From: Pecten maximus
Lineage: Eukaryota
DNA: 64,000 nucleotides
NCBI RefSeq assembly: GCF_902652985.1
Contig: NC_047020.1
Span: 3,596,001-3,660,000, forward strand
Direction of reading: 5' to 3'
How positions within the stretch are numbered: position 1 is the stretch's first letter; every line of letters starts with the position of its first letter. This document shows, piece after piece, positions 38,041-51,110 of the stretch. A program made the position numbers and the translations under genes. Below the pieces are notes generated by a model. The model did no database searches and was not told where the DNA came from. It saw nothing but the letters and a program-made list of their open reading frames with translations.

Positions 38041-40571
38041 ATCAGATTATCTTTATCGTTGAGCCCTTATCAATAATAGCAATATGCTGTTCTTGTTCAT
38101 ATTTATAAAAATAGTTTTGTTCGAAATCCATTAAATAAAATTTCATGCTGGAATCAGATTTAGATGTCCAGTTAAATTTATGTAGTTTAATTGTAAAAAG
38201 AAACAAGATGATAAGATTTTATGCCTCGAATATCATTTATAAATCATTTGAGTGTTGATAAAGCTACCATGTAATTTATAGTTAAATAATGGAATTGAAA
38301 ATGAGAACATCATAAAAGTTAATAGGCTGGTGACTGTCTACTTAATGTTACACTTGTCAGTGGTACAAAGACACGCCCCCTTTTATGAGGGATCCCAGGC
38401 AGATTGTAGTAGTAAGGACAGATAACGCTGATCTATAAACAGGAAGACTCGGGCTACATTACTTGGGCTGCAGATTGCGGTGGATCACAATATTTGTGTG
38501 AAAGTCAGGTTATTTTGTGGTATCTGTTGGATAGTTACAGGCCTGCAGTCCACGGCAATCTGGTGCTGTCAAATCTCCTACAGGTGAAATGTTGTGTGTT
38601 GGTGTTATAATGTCTTTATCTGGGCCTTTGAAAATCATTCTACTGTTCTGTCATTCTGTAAAATTAAGATGTCCTGTCATTTTAGGTGAGAGCAGTGATA
38701 TAGAAAATTGCTTGTAAAGTGCTGGATCACCACTGCACCATATTGCAGTCATCTAGTCTTCACTCCACTACTTCCAAAAATACAACTCAAAAGCAAATAT
38801 AAATTTGCCGTACTAGCGTGCCCGTGTAATAGCAGTCGGCGTTTAATCAAAATTATGCATGTTTAATGTATATACACCGATCTTTTGTACAAATATTCCG
38901 TACTCAAACGATATCGCTCCTCTGAAATAACATGATACAGATGTACATGAAACTTTGGAAAACTATTTGAATAGTAAAATACAATATCCCCGTCATCAGT
39001 ATGCACCTGGCGCCCAGGAAAAACCGGAGATAGCCCCCGGAAACCTGTATCCGCGGTGGCGGGAAAACGATTATACCCTTACAGGTGTACCTAGGGGTAA
39101 CGCTGGACCTGCGTTATCGAGGAAATATATACAATTGATATTTGTATTACATGTACACTCCATATTTTTTGAAAAACAGGAAAAATCAAATGAAAATTTA
39201 GCTGTGTCCGCCCTGCTGAGATGGCAGCTAGAAAGTGACCTCACGACCACGTGTACCCGGGTATGTACACGTGTACCCGCTCCCGCGGAGCGTGCGCCTA
39301 GCACGAGTAATACGATGTCGTTCAAGACAAATTATTCCCGCTATACTGACGAAACGCGGGAATATTTAATTATTGTTATCAGGGAAGCCAAAAAATGTCA
39401 CAACCAACCATTCTGTAAAGGATGGATCCTGTGGGACTAAACTTCTTAACAAATTTGAACTCTATGAGATGTTATTTTGTTGAAGTCCAGAATAGTGTAC
39501 AAAAAAAAAAAAAAATTCAAATGCTAAAAAAATATTACACCTTTGGAAACATTCCTTGTCTGTGTTTGTTGGGATCTGTTTGAAACAAATTTCCCTTAAA
39601 TATTGAATATAAAATATATCGGTTATAAAAAATTTAAACTGAAGCATTAACTTATGTTTGAAAAATTATAACCACATTTACCTATGATTTATGGACACAT
39701 TATAATTACATGACACAGATAATATAGAATTTATTAAAGAACAAGGTTGGTATGCATGATGTGTGACAGTGTGACAGATTCTTATTTCCCTGTGTGCATG
39801 TTTTACCTGGACTTGTATATGGGATATATGATAAGGTTTTAATCTGTAGACCAGCTAACATATACCATCTTAATGAATATAGCTGTTAATCCCAAGATAA
39901 ATTTACTGATGGAAGAATACAGATTGTACACAGTAATACTTCACCTCAATATAATTGAAGTTGAGCAAGTTTTGGTGAAAATAAGAGAAAAACGTGGTAA
40001 AGAACAGGAATACATGGTGACAGGTACAAAAATATCCACATACGAATCCACAGGCGATTGTCACTGAACAATTTCCGGATCACAAACATAGATATATAAG
40101 TCTCAGGGTATTTAATAATGAGTTATATCTCTTTCATTTATTGGAGTTCTACACTTACTTAAAATTCTGGACAAGATTTTGAAAGCAATTAAAATTACAA
40201 GAATATTTTGGCCAAGGTTACAGGCCTGTAGGTATGAATGTGTGTTATTGATAACGCGAGAGATCTGTATGTTATACCTGACTTTTATGTAATATGCCAA
40301 CAAACTATTAAGCATTCAATTGTGACTAGATTAAAATGTATGGTTGACCGAGTTACAAATTAGAACATACCTGCTGTAGGCTGTGTCTCTATCATAGTTT
40401 AGTGGTTAGTACGTATACCCACCTATCTCTATATAAACTGGACACAATTCATAAACCACAATGTACCCATGTCGACCAAAGCGTAAGTGTCCATCATAAA
40501 CTAGTCGGTCAAACTTAATAACATTATAGTCTATGTTTACCAAAATATTGGGGTTATAGAAGACCACATCT

Positions 40572-41530
40572 CTGTGTAGTGGTCACTATGTGTGACTACA
40601 CCCCTCCATGTGTAGTGGTCACTGTGTGTGACTACACCCCTCCATATGTAGTTGTCACAGTGTGTGACTACACCCCTCCATGTGTAGTGGTCACTCAACA
40701 GTGTGTGACTACACCCCTCTATGTTTGGTGGTCACTATGTGTGACTACACCCCTCCATGTGTAGTTGTCACAGTGTGTGACTACACCCCTCCATGTTTGG
40801 TGGTCACTATGTGTGACTATTCCCCTCCATGTGTAGTGGTCACAGTGTGTGACTACACCCCTCCATGTGTAGTGGTCACTGTGTGTGACTACACCCCTCC
40901 ATGTGTAGTGGTCACAGTGTGTGACTACACCCCTCCATATGTAGTGGTCACTCATCAGTGTGTGACTACACCCCTCCATGTGTAGTGGTCACAGTGTGTG
41001 ACTACACCCCTGCATGTATAGTGGTCACAGTGTGTGACTACACCCCTCCATGTGTAGTGGTCGCAGTGTGTGACTACACCCCTCCATGTGTAGTGGTCAC
41101 TGTGTGTGACTACACCCCTCCATGTGTAGTGGTCACTGTGTGTGGGTAATGTGACCAGACAACCCTCTGTGTGTAGTGGTCACGGTGTGTAACCAGACGA
41201 CCCTCTGTGTGTAATGGTCACATTGTGTGACAAGACGGTCCTCTGTGTGTAGTGGCCACATTGTGTGACCAGTTGGCTGTCTGTGTGTAGTACTAGTGGC
41301 CACATTGTGTGACTGGACAGCCCTCTGTGTGTAGTGGTCACATTGTGTGACCGGACAACCTCTGTGTGTAGTGGTCACATTGTGTGACCGGACAACCTCT
41401 GTGTGTAGTGGTCACATTGTGTGACAGGACAACCTCTGTGTGTAGTGGCCACATTGTGTGACTGGACAGCCCTCTGTGTGTAGTGGCTACATTGTGTGAC
41501 TGGACAGCACTCTGTGTGTATTGTGTGATA
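40572..41530. repeat. Compound minisatellite: 36-bp unit (40572-41143) grading into a related ~36-37-bp unit (41150-41530)
   Basis: gtgtgtgactacacccctccatgtgtagtggtcact, then cattgtgtgaccggacaacctctgtgtgtagtggtca. Confidence 0.9.
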
Positions 41531-42471
41531 GTGTGACCACATTGTAAGTGACGAGCGTGACCAGACCATTGTGTACCCCTGTCTGTGACTGGACACAATA
41601 ACACAGTGAATGTGTACAGTATATATATACCCAGGTTTACAGATCAGCTCTGTCGACCCACTCAACCGATCAGGCTATCTCAGGCTGGTTCAATATTTTC
41701 ATTACTGGTTATCTCGGTTAGATCATTGGTGTGGAAACATGTTTTACAAACAGCCATTTTCACAGTGACAGTGTTTTGACAATATGGGGACCAACTTGTT
41801 CTGTTTGGAGTATATCTCTGCGGAACGGGGGAGATATGTTATCAACACACAGTAGCTAAATGTAGTACTACACATGTTGTTTTCTGAAAGTTAGCGGGAC
41901 TTGATCCAGACAACACAAAGACAGCTTGTCATCTTACATCAGTTGTGAAGAGATATCTCTATGTCTTGATGGGTTTTGATTCTGATTTGACTGGTGTGAT
42001 AAAGCTGAAGATTTAACCTGCAGGCATAACATTGTGTTCTTCCTATATAATTACAGTTCCTACTGAACCCACCTTTGTCCTTTACTGCAGGTAAGATATA
42101 TTTGTACATCTTTTGTGTATGTTTATGGTTGAGCAGACATCACCTTTTTATCTAGGTCTTCAACTTTTCTTTGATTTAAAAAGGTTATTTATTGTACAGG
42201 TAAAAGTTATGGAATGTTTAGCCTGGTATACAGGGTGTTGGTCCCACTGTGTCAAGGCCGAGTCTACCACAGATCGAGCTGCAGCATATATATACATTTA
42301 CATGTTGGGTAGATGTAGAGTATAGATGTAGCACATGTGTTTCGTGTCCTGTTTGATATTGGAGTGAATTTGTGTTAGTTAGATATAAATTTCAGGATAG
42401 TGGAGAAAGCTAGCACTCTGGATATAACATCAACTGTTCAATCTGTGAGGTAGGTTAATGTAATCTATTTG

Positions 42472-42760
42472 TGTTCAGGGTTTGTAGCCGGAGTATGTTC
42501 AGGGTTTGTAGCCGGAGTATGTTCAGGGTTTGTAGCCGGAGTATGTTCAGGGTTTGTAGCCGGAGTATGTTCAGGGTTTGTAGCCGGAGTATGTTCAGGG
42601 TTTGTAGCCGGAGTATGTTCAGGGTTTGTAGCCGGAGTATGTTCAGGGTTTGTAGCCGGAGTATGTTCAGGGTTTGTAGCCGGAGTATGTTCAGGGTTTG
42701 TAGCCGGAGTATGTTCAGGGTTTGTAGCCGGAGTATGTTCAGGGTTTGTAGCCGGAGTAT
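42472..42760. repeat. Perfect minisatellite, 24-bp unit, 12 copies
   Basis: tgttcagggtttgtagccggagta with no mismatches seen. Confidence 0.97.
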
Positions 42761-44198
42761 ATATATATATGTTTAGAAAATTCACCTCAGTGTTAAATTG
42801 ATGTAGATTGATGTTTATAGTGTTAAGACATTCTCATCTGGCAAAAACTAAACATTATTTTTGTCTTTCATGGCCATGTGATTAAAATCAGATATGAATG
42901 CCTTTCGATCCTATCGATAAACCTTGTATAAATGTTCCCCAATCTAACTGTTGTGGGATATGGAGGAGGAATGGTGGGAGGGAATATATATATATTCCCC
43001 AGCTGCCTCTGACATGTGCCTTTCTAGGACTTTGAATCAAACAGAAAGATGTTTATGTGTTTGTGACTACTGACTGTGACAGGGGTATATTATTCATTAC
43101 TGTAGTTTGCTTAAGAATTGATTGACAATGATCAGGATTGATTGGCTATGGTCATGTTAGGATAATTTGCATGAAAGGTTATAAGCTGTTTATATTTGTA
43201 AGTGGACAAATTCAAGATTGATCATACTACCTTGACCATTTCACAAATATACAGTTTAATAATAGTCATTGCCAAATTTCTTTAAAAAAAAAAGAAAAGG
43301 CAAACGAAATGTCAAAACTGGGGGCATTCTTACTGTTGCTATAGCAACGAAACATAATGGTACAGCCAAGAACATCGAAAGCAGATTGCCCCTAAAAAGA
43401 CACCCCTGAAAGTATAATATATGCCCTGTAGTTATTTCTGCATCCACACAACAAACTTTATATAAAGTTTTGAAGTTTATGTTTGTTAAACCTGTCTCGG
43501 GAGAAGGATACTGTACACATGTATCTATATATAGTTGTTAGTGTTGGCTGTTTGAAACCAGTGAATGATCCATGTCGGATGGATGCATATAGTTTTGATG
43601 CCTTTAATTTACATACAAATTAAAGAAGTATATATTTGATCTGGGCAGATTTTCAGGATTGATGTTCTGACACCAAGACTCTAATTACTTATACATTCTG
43701 GATAGCAGCAGCTGAAGTATATCATAATATGGATTTAATTGATAAATGACAAAAGTGGGTGAATTATCATCCTTGGATCATGGGACGTCATCAGTAAACA
43801 ATTCTGCTGATGTGTGCTGTATTGATTCCAGCCATGATGTATTGAAGAATCATTCAAATTTAATTGCTGTTGAATGTTTACTGTGCCACACATCAAATTT
43901 ATTCCTGCACTTTACCATTTGTGTGTCACATTTAACAACATGCTGAGGTGAAAAATGACAGAATTTTCCATTTGTATGCAAATGTATAGAAACTGTTAAT
44001 GTTTCTGTTGATATATGCAGTTGTCACTGGTTTATCTCCAGCATCACGCATTGATACAACAATTGCATTTTTTTTTTCAAGATACAAAAATCTTTCTATT
44101 TGCACTGTCGATCAGTTCAGGATGAAATGGAATGAAGACAATTAACCCCCTAGAGGAAATTGGACTTTTCTTTTGGTTGTTACATGTGATGCTGGATT

Positions 44199-46197
44199 AG
44201 AGGGCAGTATGACTGGGCTGGAGGGGAGGGGGTAAAAGGCAGTATGACTGGGCTGGAGGGGAGGGGGTTAAAGGCAGTATGACTGGGCTGGAGGGGAGGG
44301 GGTAAAAGGTAGTATGACTGGGCTGGAGGGGAGGGGGTTAAAAGCAGTATGACTGGGCTGGAGGGGAGGGGTAAAAGGCAGTATGACAGGGCTGGAGGGG
44401 AGGGGGTAAAGGCAGTATGACTGGGCTGGAGGGGAGGGGGTAAAAGGCAGTATGACTGGGCTGGGGGAGGGGTAAAAGGCCTTATGGACAGGGCTGGAGG
44501 GGTTAAAGGCAGTATGACTGGGCTGGAGGGGAGGGGTAAAAGGCATTTACTGGGGCTGGAGGGGAGGGGGTAAAAGGGCAGTATGGACAGGGCTGGAGGG
44601 GAGGGGGTAAAAGGCATTATGACAGGGCTGGAGGGGATGGGGTAAAGGCAGTAGACAGGACGGAGGGGAGGGGGTAAAAGGCAGTATGACATGGCTGGAG
44701 GGGAGGGGTTAAGGTAGTTGACAGGGCTGGAGGGAGAGGGGGTGAAAATGCAGTATGACGGGCTGGAGGGAGGGGGTAAAATGCAGGTTGACGGACTGGA
44801 GTGAGGGGGTAAAAGGCAGTATGACAAAGGCTGGATGGGAGGGGGTTAAAGGCTATATGACTGGGCTGGAGGGGAGGGGGTTAAAGGCAGTATGACAGGG
44901 CTGGAGGGGAGGGGGTAAAAGGCAGTATAACTGGGCTGGAGGGGAAGGGGTTAAAGGCAGTATGACAGGGCTGGAGGGGAGGGGGTTAAAGGCAGTATGA
45001 CAGGGCTGGAGGGAGGGGGTTAAAGGCAGTATGACAGGGCTGGAGGGGAGGGGGTAAAAGGCAGTATGACAGGGCTGGAGGGGAGGGGTTTAAAGGCTAT
45101 ATGACTGGGCTGGAGGGGAGGGGGTTAAAGGCAGTATGACTGGGCTGGAGGGGAGGGGGTTAAAGGCAGTATGACAGGGCTGGAGGGGAGGGGGTTAAAG
45201 GCAGTATGACTGGGCTGGAGGGGAGGGGGTTAAAGGCTATATGACAGGGCTGGAGGGGAGGGGGTAAAAGGCAGTATGACAGGGCTGGAGGGGAGGGGGT
45301 AAAAGGCAGTATGACAGGACTGGAGGGGAGGGGGTAAAAGGCAGTATGACAGGGCTGGAGGGGAGGGGTTAAAGGTAGTATGACAGGGCTGGAGGGGAGG
45401 GGGTAAAAGGCAGTATGACAGGGCTGGAGGGGAGGGGGTAAAGGCAGTATGACAGGACTGGAGGAGAGGGGGTAAAAGGCAGTATGACTGGGCTGGAGGG
45501 GAGGGGGTTAAAGGCAGTATGACAGGGCTGGAGGGGAGGGGGTTAAAGGCTATATGACTGGGCTGGAGGGGAGGGGGTTAAAGGCAGTATGACTGGGCTG
45601 GAGGGGAGGGGGTTAAAGGCTATATGACAGGGCTGGAGGGGAGGGGGTAAAAGGCAGTATGACAGGGCTGGAGGGGAGGGGGTTTAAAGGCTATATGACA
45701 GGGCTGGAGGGGAGGGGGTAAAAGGCAGTATGACAGGGCTGGAGGGGAGGGGGTTTAAGGCTATATGACTTGGCTGGAGGGGAGGGGGTTAAAGGCAGTA
45801 TGACTGGGCTGGAGGGGAGGGGGTTAAAGGCTATATGACAGGGCTGGAGGGGAGGGGGTTAAAGGCTATATGACAGGGCTGGAGGGGAGGGGGTAAAAGG
45901 CAGTATGACTGGGCTGGAGGGGAGGGGGGTTAAAGGCAGTATGACAGGGCTGGAGGGGAGGGGGTAAAAGGCAGTATGACAGGGCTGGAGGGGAGGGGGT
46001 AAAAGGCAGTATGACTGGGCTGGAGGGGAGGGGGTTAAAGGCAGTATGACTGGGCTGGAGGGGAGGGGGTAAAAGGCTATATGACAGGGCTGGAGGGGAG
46101 GGGGTAAAATGCTATATATTTCGGTTGGCGGGGAGGGGGTAAAAGGTTATATGACAGGGCTGGAGGGGTCGAAGGGGGTTAAAGGCAATATGACTGC
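44199..46197 (+). repeat. G-rich minisatellite, ~35-bp unit, ~57 copies
   Basis: ggcagtatgacagggctggaggggagggggttaaa. Confidence 0.95.
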
Positions 46198-46741
46198 CCT
46201 GGGCTCGAGGGAAATTAGTAATATGTAAGGGTGACAGGGAGGCGGTGAATTGATATTTGATGTCATTCGGTATTTTATAATGATTAAAAATAAGTTTAAC
46301 TTTTTGAATACTACGAAGGAAGGTGCATTGTGCAACACACAATGTATAGTACATATTTACCATTAATTCATCCCTTGATGATTTGTGTCCATGATTATGA
46401 GTGAGAGTGACATTTGTGGTAGTCAAAATACACAGACTGGTTCTAATGTAAAACGTGGTGCTGGCGTGCCCCAGTGACAGATTACAGGTCTACAAAACTG
46501 CCATGGTTACACTTGGAGTGCAAAAACATCAGGAGAAAACTTTGCCTGCCATATGTATCATTATCACTATAATAGTAACACAACAGACATGTTTCTTTGT
46601 AAACAGCTAGCTAGTCATAAGGGTCGAGCTGGATGGTATAGTTTACATGAAGATGTATACAGAGCCCTTAAAGATGACTTTGAGATTATACTAAGTGTAA
46701 TGCTTATTTTCCTTCTGATAACTTTCTTCTTTTCAACTGTG

Positions 46742-46938
46742 GAGAAAACACAATACCACAGAATGAATTTCCTTCTGTTTACAATATGATTATGTGACAA
46801 GTTTTGTTAACTTATGTAATGGAAATGAATATAGAGAAAACACAATACCACATAATGAATTTCCTTCTGTTTACAATATGATTATGTGACAAGTTTTGTT
46901 AACTTATGTAATGGAAATGAATATAGAGAAAACACAAT
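46742..46938. repeat. Local tandem duplication, ~92-bp unit x2
   Basis: gagaaaacacaatacca...aatgaatata repeated twice plus a partial third start. Confidence 0.85.
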
Positions 46939-47166
46939 GAAGTGGATTCATATTATAGCTCGATCTATTTGATACAGTGAGGTATACTATTTCTCCCATC
47001 TTATCAAAGTTATACTTCTCCCCATCTCCCCATACTGTCGGACAATCTCTTTCTTCAGATTACATTTAACATGTTTCATGTACAATATATATATAGTAAG
47101 TTATAATATTAATACCAATGGCAGCCATGACAATTCACACACACACACATATATACAACCCCCCCC

Positions 47167-47198
<32 letters not shown>

Positions 47199-49132
47199 AC
47201 AATATCCATTACCTTCTCATTCTCTGTATTATACATTCTCATTTATAGTTTCCTATCCCCTTGATTACAGTCATTCTTATATCAGTATATCAAAATGGTA
47301 AAATATTCATAAAAACTTTTACTACATAAATTCTGCATTCATGTGTTCATGTATTTATAGAGAATTCTGAGAGGGGGACATAGGGAAAGGGGGGGGGGGG
47401 GGGGGGGGGCCAAAAAAGCTGGTGATGTGTTATATGAATGAACTATATCTGCATTTGTGTATTCATCTGTGTGTTCAGGAAATCTAAAATTGAGGGAGAA
47501 TGGAAAGTTGGCAAGTTGCTGGTAAGGCAGTCTAAGGCTGACTATATAATCAATGGGAGGTATATAGGTTGGGAGGCTGACTATATAATCAATGGGAGGT
47601 ATATAGGTTGGGGGGAGGTGTGTATATTTTCCCAGTCAGTATCAACAACTCCTCCAGTGATCGCTTGTCATGCCTTACCTTCATGGCAGTTCAAGTATTT
47701 TTTTGACATCGGCTGAGAGAAGTGATAAGGTAATTATGATGTTTCTAACATAATGATTTTGAAGGGAATTGGTTTAGAAAGTGGTGGGGATGAGAAGGAA
47801 TGAGGGGGTTACAGAGTTGGAGGAGAGGCTTGTAAGATGACTTATGGCATCATTCATCAAGACAAAACCAGTGTAAAGACATGTGTTAGATGTTCATCTT
47901 CTCTGATAAATGTAATCTAAAGAAAGTCAGAACTTAAAAACAACCTTGATGGGAGGTTGCAGATAGAGACTCCAGACAGTTTCTGATGGGTTTGGCTGAG
48001 TTATGTTATTATATCAGTCCTGCACTGTTTATACACTAATAGGCTATTGTACAATTGTATTGATTTGATAGACATTGTTATGTATATTCATACATCCAAG
48101 GTCATAAATATCCCAAGTTTGTGGCAGCTTACGGCAGCAGTGCCAAGTGATATCAGGTTTGAGGTGTACAGTTAAATTATACATGTGTAGGTGTGTAAAC
48201 GACTAGAGATTACCTACAGTTGTATTTTTCCTGGCAGGTAGTGGTGCACCATAGTCTGCCAGAGAGGAAAGTTGATGGAAGATTTATGGAGATATTTTAC
48301 TGAGTGGGGAAGAGCTACAATGTAAACATAGCTCTAATATGTTCCTCTTCAGACATTGTACAGCTGCCAATGTTGTACCTGTAGTACGGAGCTTGTAGGT
48401 GTGTGATCTCCTAATCATGTTTTTCGTTGCATCAATGGCTTTGTGTGATTTTACTAAGTCGTGTGAAGTGGATCTTCACAATTAGACTTGTATCTCAACA
48501 ACGTCTGACACTACTGGATATAACTAGTCAACAGGTCAATAGTTTGTATGTTATTGTGTTAAGGACTCGCGTATGTTATTGTGTTAAGGACTTGTAGTAA
48601 ACACCGTTAATGAGTCTTTAGTAGGTATGGCTGGGGGCATGGAGAGGGTGCATATTGCAGCTCTATAACACCAACCTGTTCATTGTCTGAAGTTTTGTAA
48701 GTTTAGTATATCTGTGTAATGACGGAGACATTTTAAGGTTAATCTTCCCAGAAATATTAGGAGTGTCTTAAAGGGTTCAATGGGACACTAGCATAGTAGG
48801 TAATATGTTAAAGTCACACATGTCCTGTGTTCAGGTGTGATTATAGTATTGTGGAAGGTTGACCAAACCTCTTTATATAGGATAATACATCTGTAAATTG
48901 GAATTATCATTCATCAAATTTAATATTTTAGCTATATACTGGCTTAAAACCTATGAAATGCTATGTATTATAACTATATTTTGATATATTTTGTCATTTT
49001 CCCTTCAGATATGCTGGTGGCGACCAGTTTGTTGAGAGAATGGCCCTGAAACAGCCAGAGAGGTGATTGGAGTTGTGTGATTCTGGCCAGAGATTTAATG
49101 TGTCAGGTGTGAGGGGAGATAACATAGTGGAG

Positions 49133-49220
49133 ATGTCGTCAGGATCAGGGGAGATCACTCCCATTGAGCAAGGAGCAGTTGGAGGTCAAGAAGATGAAGG
49201 GGCCAAAGTCACATTTGAAG
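49133..49220 (+). CDS. Probable first coding exon of an unidentified plus-strand gene (exon 49009-49220)
   Basis: Strong acceptor ttttcccttcag at 49008, donor GAAG|GTAATT at 49221, in-frame upstream TGA at 49064; ATG 49133 gives MSSGSGEITPIEQGAVGGQEDEGAKVTFE. No downstream exon recognised in the window. Confidence 0.45.
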
Positions 49221-50175
49221 GTAATTGTTGGCATTAATACAAAAGTCATGATACGACTATAGGTATACTGCATGTGTTTTATCCGCAGAATTCCATTGCT
49301 CTATATGGCTGATAAATATAAATATGAAATTACAATATTACCGATATCACTCTGGACATACCATTTTTGATGGATTTCTGCCCTGGAAAAAATAATTTCT
49401 TATTAAATTTTGAACACAAAGAATCTCTGCATCAGATATCAAAATATACCATATGTGAGTTTGTTGTTGACTATCACACTTTTTGCTCACAACTATCTTA
49501 CAAGGTTTGAAAGGTCACAGAGGCAGAAATTGGCTATTTTGGTTTTAATGCCTTTTCTTCCCTAATTTCATGAAATATTTCATCTTAATTTTAACAAATG
49601 TACCCTTAGCCTATTTGGATCAGCATTACATAAAAAAGGGGCTGATCATGTTGGGGACTGTTGGAGTAGGCTTAAAAGGCTTTAATTATATTACATCCCT
49701 CCATACTACTTCACATGCACATTCACTGTATGTATGGTGCAAACTAATGAGCTAATGAGAATCAAAATCATATAGATCAATGAAAGCCTGGATTAAAAGA
49801 TTGAACAAAATAGCATATGTTGTTATAAATAATGTTTTTAAACAGTTTGTCAGATTTCTTTTAAACTGTGGTAATTATAAGCAGGCTTTAATTACCCTTG
49901 GGGATCCAAAGTTACGTACAAATAAAAGGAATTTCTCCTGGAGGGGTAGCAGGAAGGGTCTAATTGGCATTGACTTGGAGTTAATTGATATCTCCTCCCA
50001 AACTACTCATCAGATTTTAACCGAATTGTACTTGTACCAACCTGATCAGCCCATGAAGAATTGTCTGGACTGAATGACTTTACCAAAGTGGTATGATAGA
50101 TTTACTTCCTTTTCTGGCTACATACTAGACATATTCCAAACAAACTGTGATGATATTATCCCTAGCACTTGAGCA

Positions 50176-51110
50176 TAAGTTAAACATATACAATGACTAA
50201 ACCTCTAGGGGATATCTGCTGAATTAATAAGTTAAACATATACAATGACTAAAACTCTAGGGGATATCTGCTGAATTAATAAGTTAAACATATACAATGA
50301 CTAAACCTCTAGGGGATATCTGCTGAATTAATAAGTTAAACATATACAATGACTAAACCTCTAGGGGATATCTGCTGAATTAATAAGTTAAACATATAAA
50401 ATGACTAAACCTCTAGGGGATATCTGCTGAATTAATAAGTTAAACATATACAATGACTAAACCTCTAGGGGATATCTGCTGAATTAATAAGTTAAACATA
50501 TACAATGACTAAACCTCTAGGGGATATCTGCTGAATTAATAAGTTAAACACATACAATGACTAAACCTCTAGGGGATATCTGCTGAATTAATAAGTTAAA
50601 CATATAAAATGACTACAACTCTAGGGGATATCTGCTGAATTAATAAGTTAAACATATACAATGACTAAACCTCTAGGGGATATCTGCTGAATTAATAAGT
50701 TAAACATATACAATGACTAAACCTCTAGGGGATATCTGCTGAGTTAATAAGTTAAACATATAAAATGACTAAACCTCTAGGGGATATCTGCTGAGTTAAT
50801 AAGTTAAACATATACAATGACTAAACCTCTAGGGGATATCTGCTGAATTAATAAGTTAAACACATACAATGACTAAACCTCTAGGGGATATCTGCTGAAT
50901 TAATAAGTTAAACATATACAATGACTAAAACTCTAGGGGATATCTGCTGAATTAATAAGTTAAACATATACAATGACTAAAACTCTAGGGGATATCTGCT
51001 GAATTAATAAGTTAAACACATACAATGACTAAAACTCTAGGGGATATCTGCTGAATTAATAAGTTAAACATATAAAATGACTAAAACTCTAGGGGATATC
51101 TGCTGAATTA
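50176..51110. repeat. Minisatellite, 52-bp unit, ~18 copies
   Basis: taagttaaacatatacaatgactaaacctctaggggatatctgctgaattaa. Confidence 0.96.

Noticed and set aside
38955-39440. 161-aa plus-strand ORF
   Set aside because: Starts at TTG, no recognisable domain or convincing exon boundaries.
44199-46197. Telomere-like ggggttaaa motifs
   Set aside because: They are part of a 35-bp unit, not a TTAGGG-type short repeat.
47158-47409. Poly-C and poly-G tracts in inverted arrangement
   Set aside because: No complementary flanks, TIR or TSD; simple homopolymers of uncertain length.
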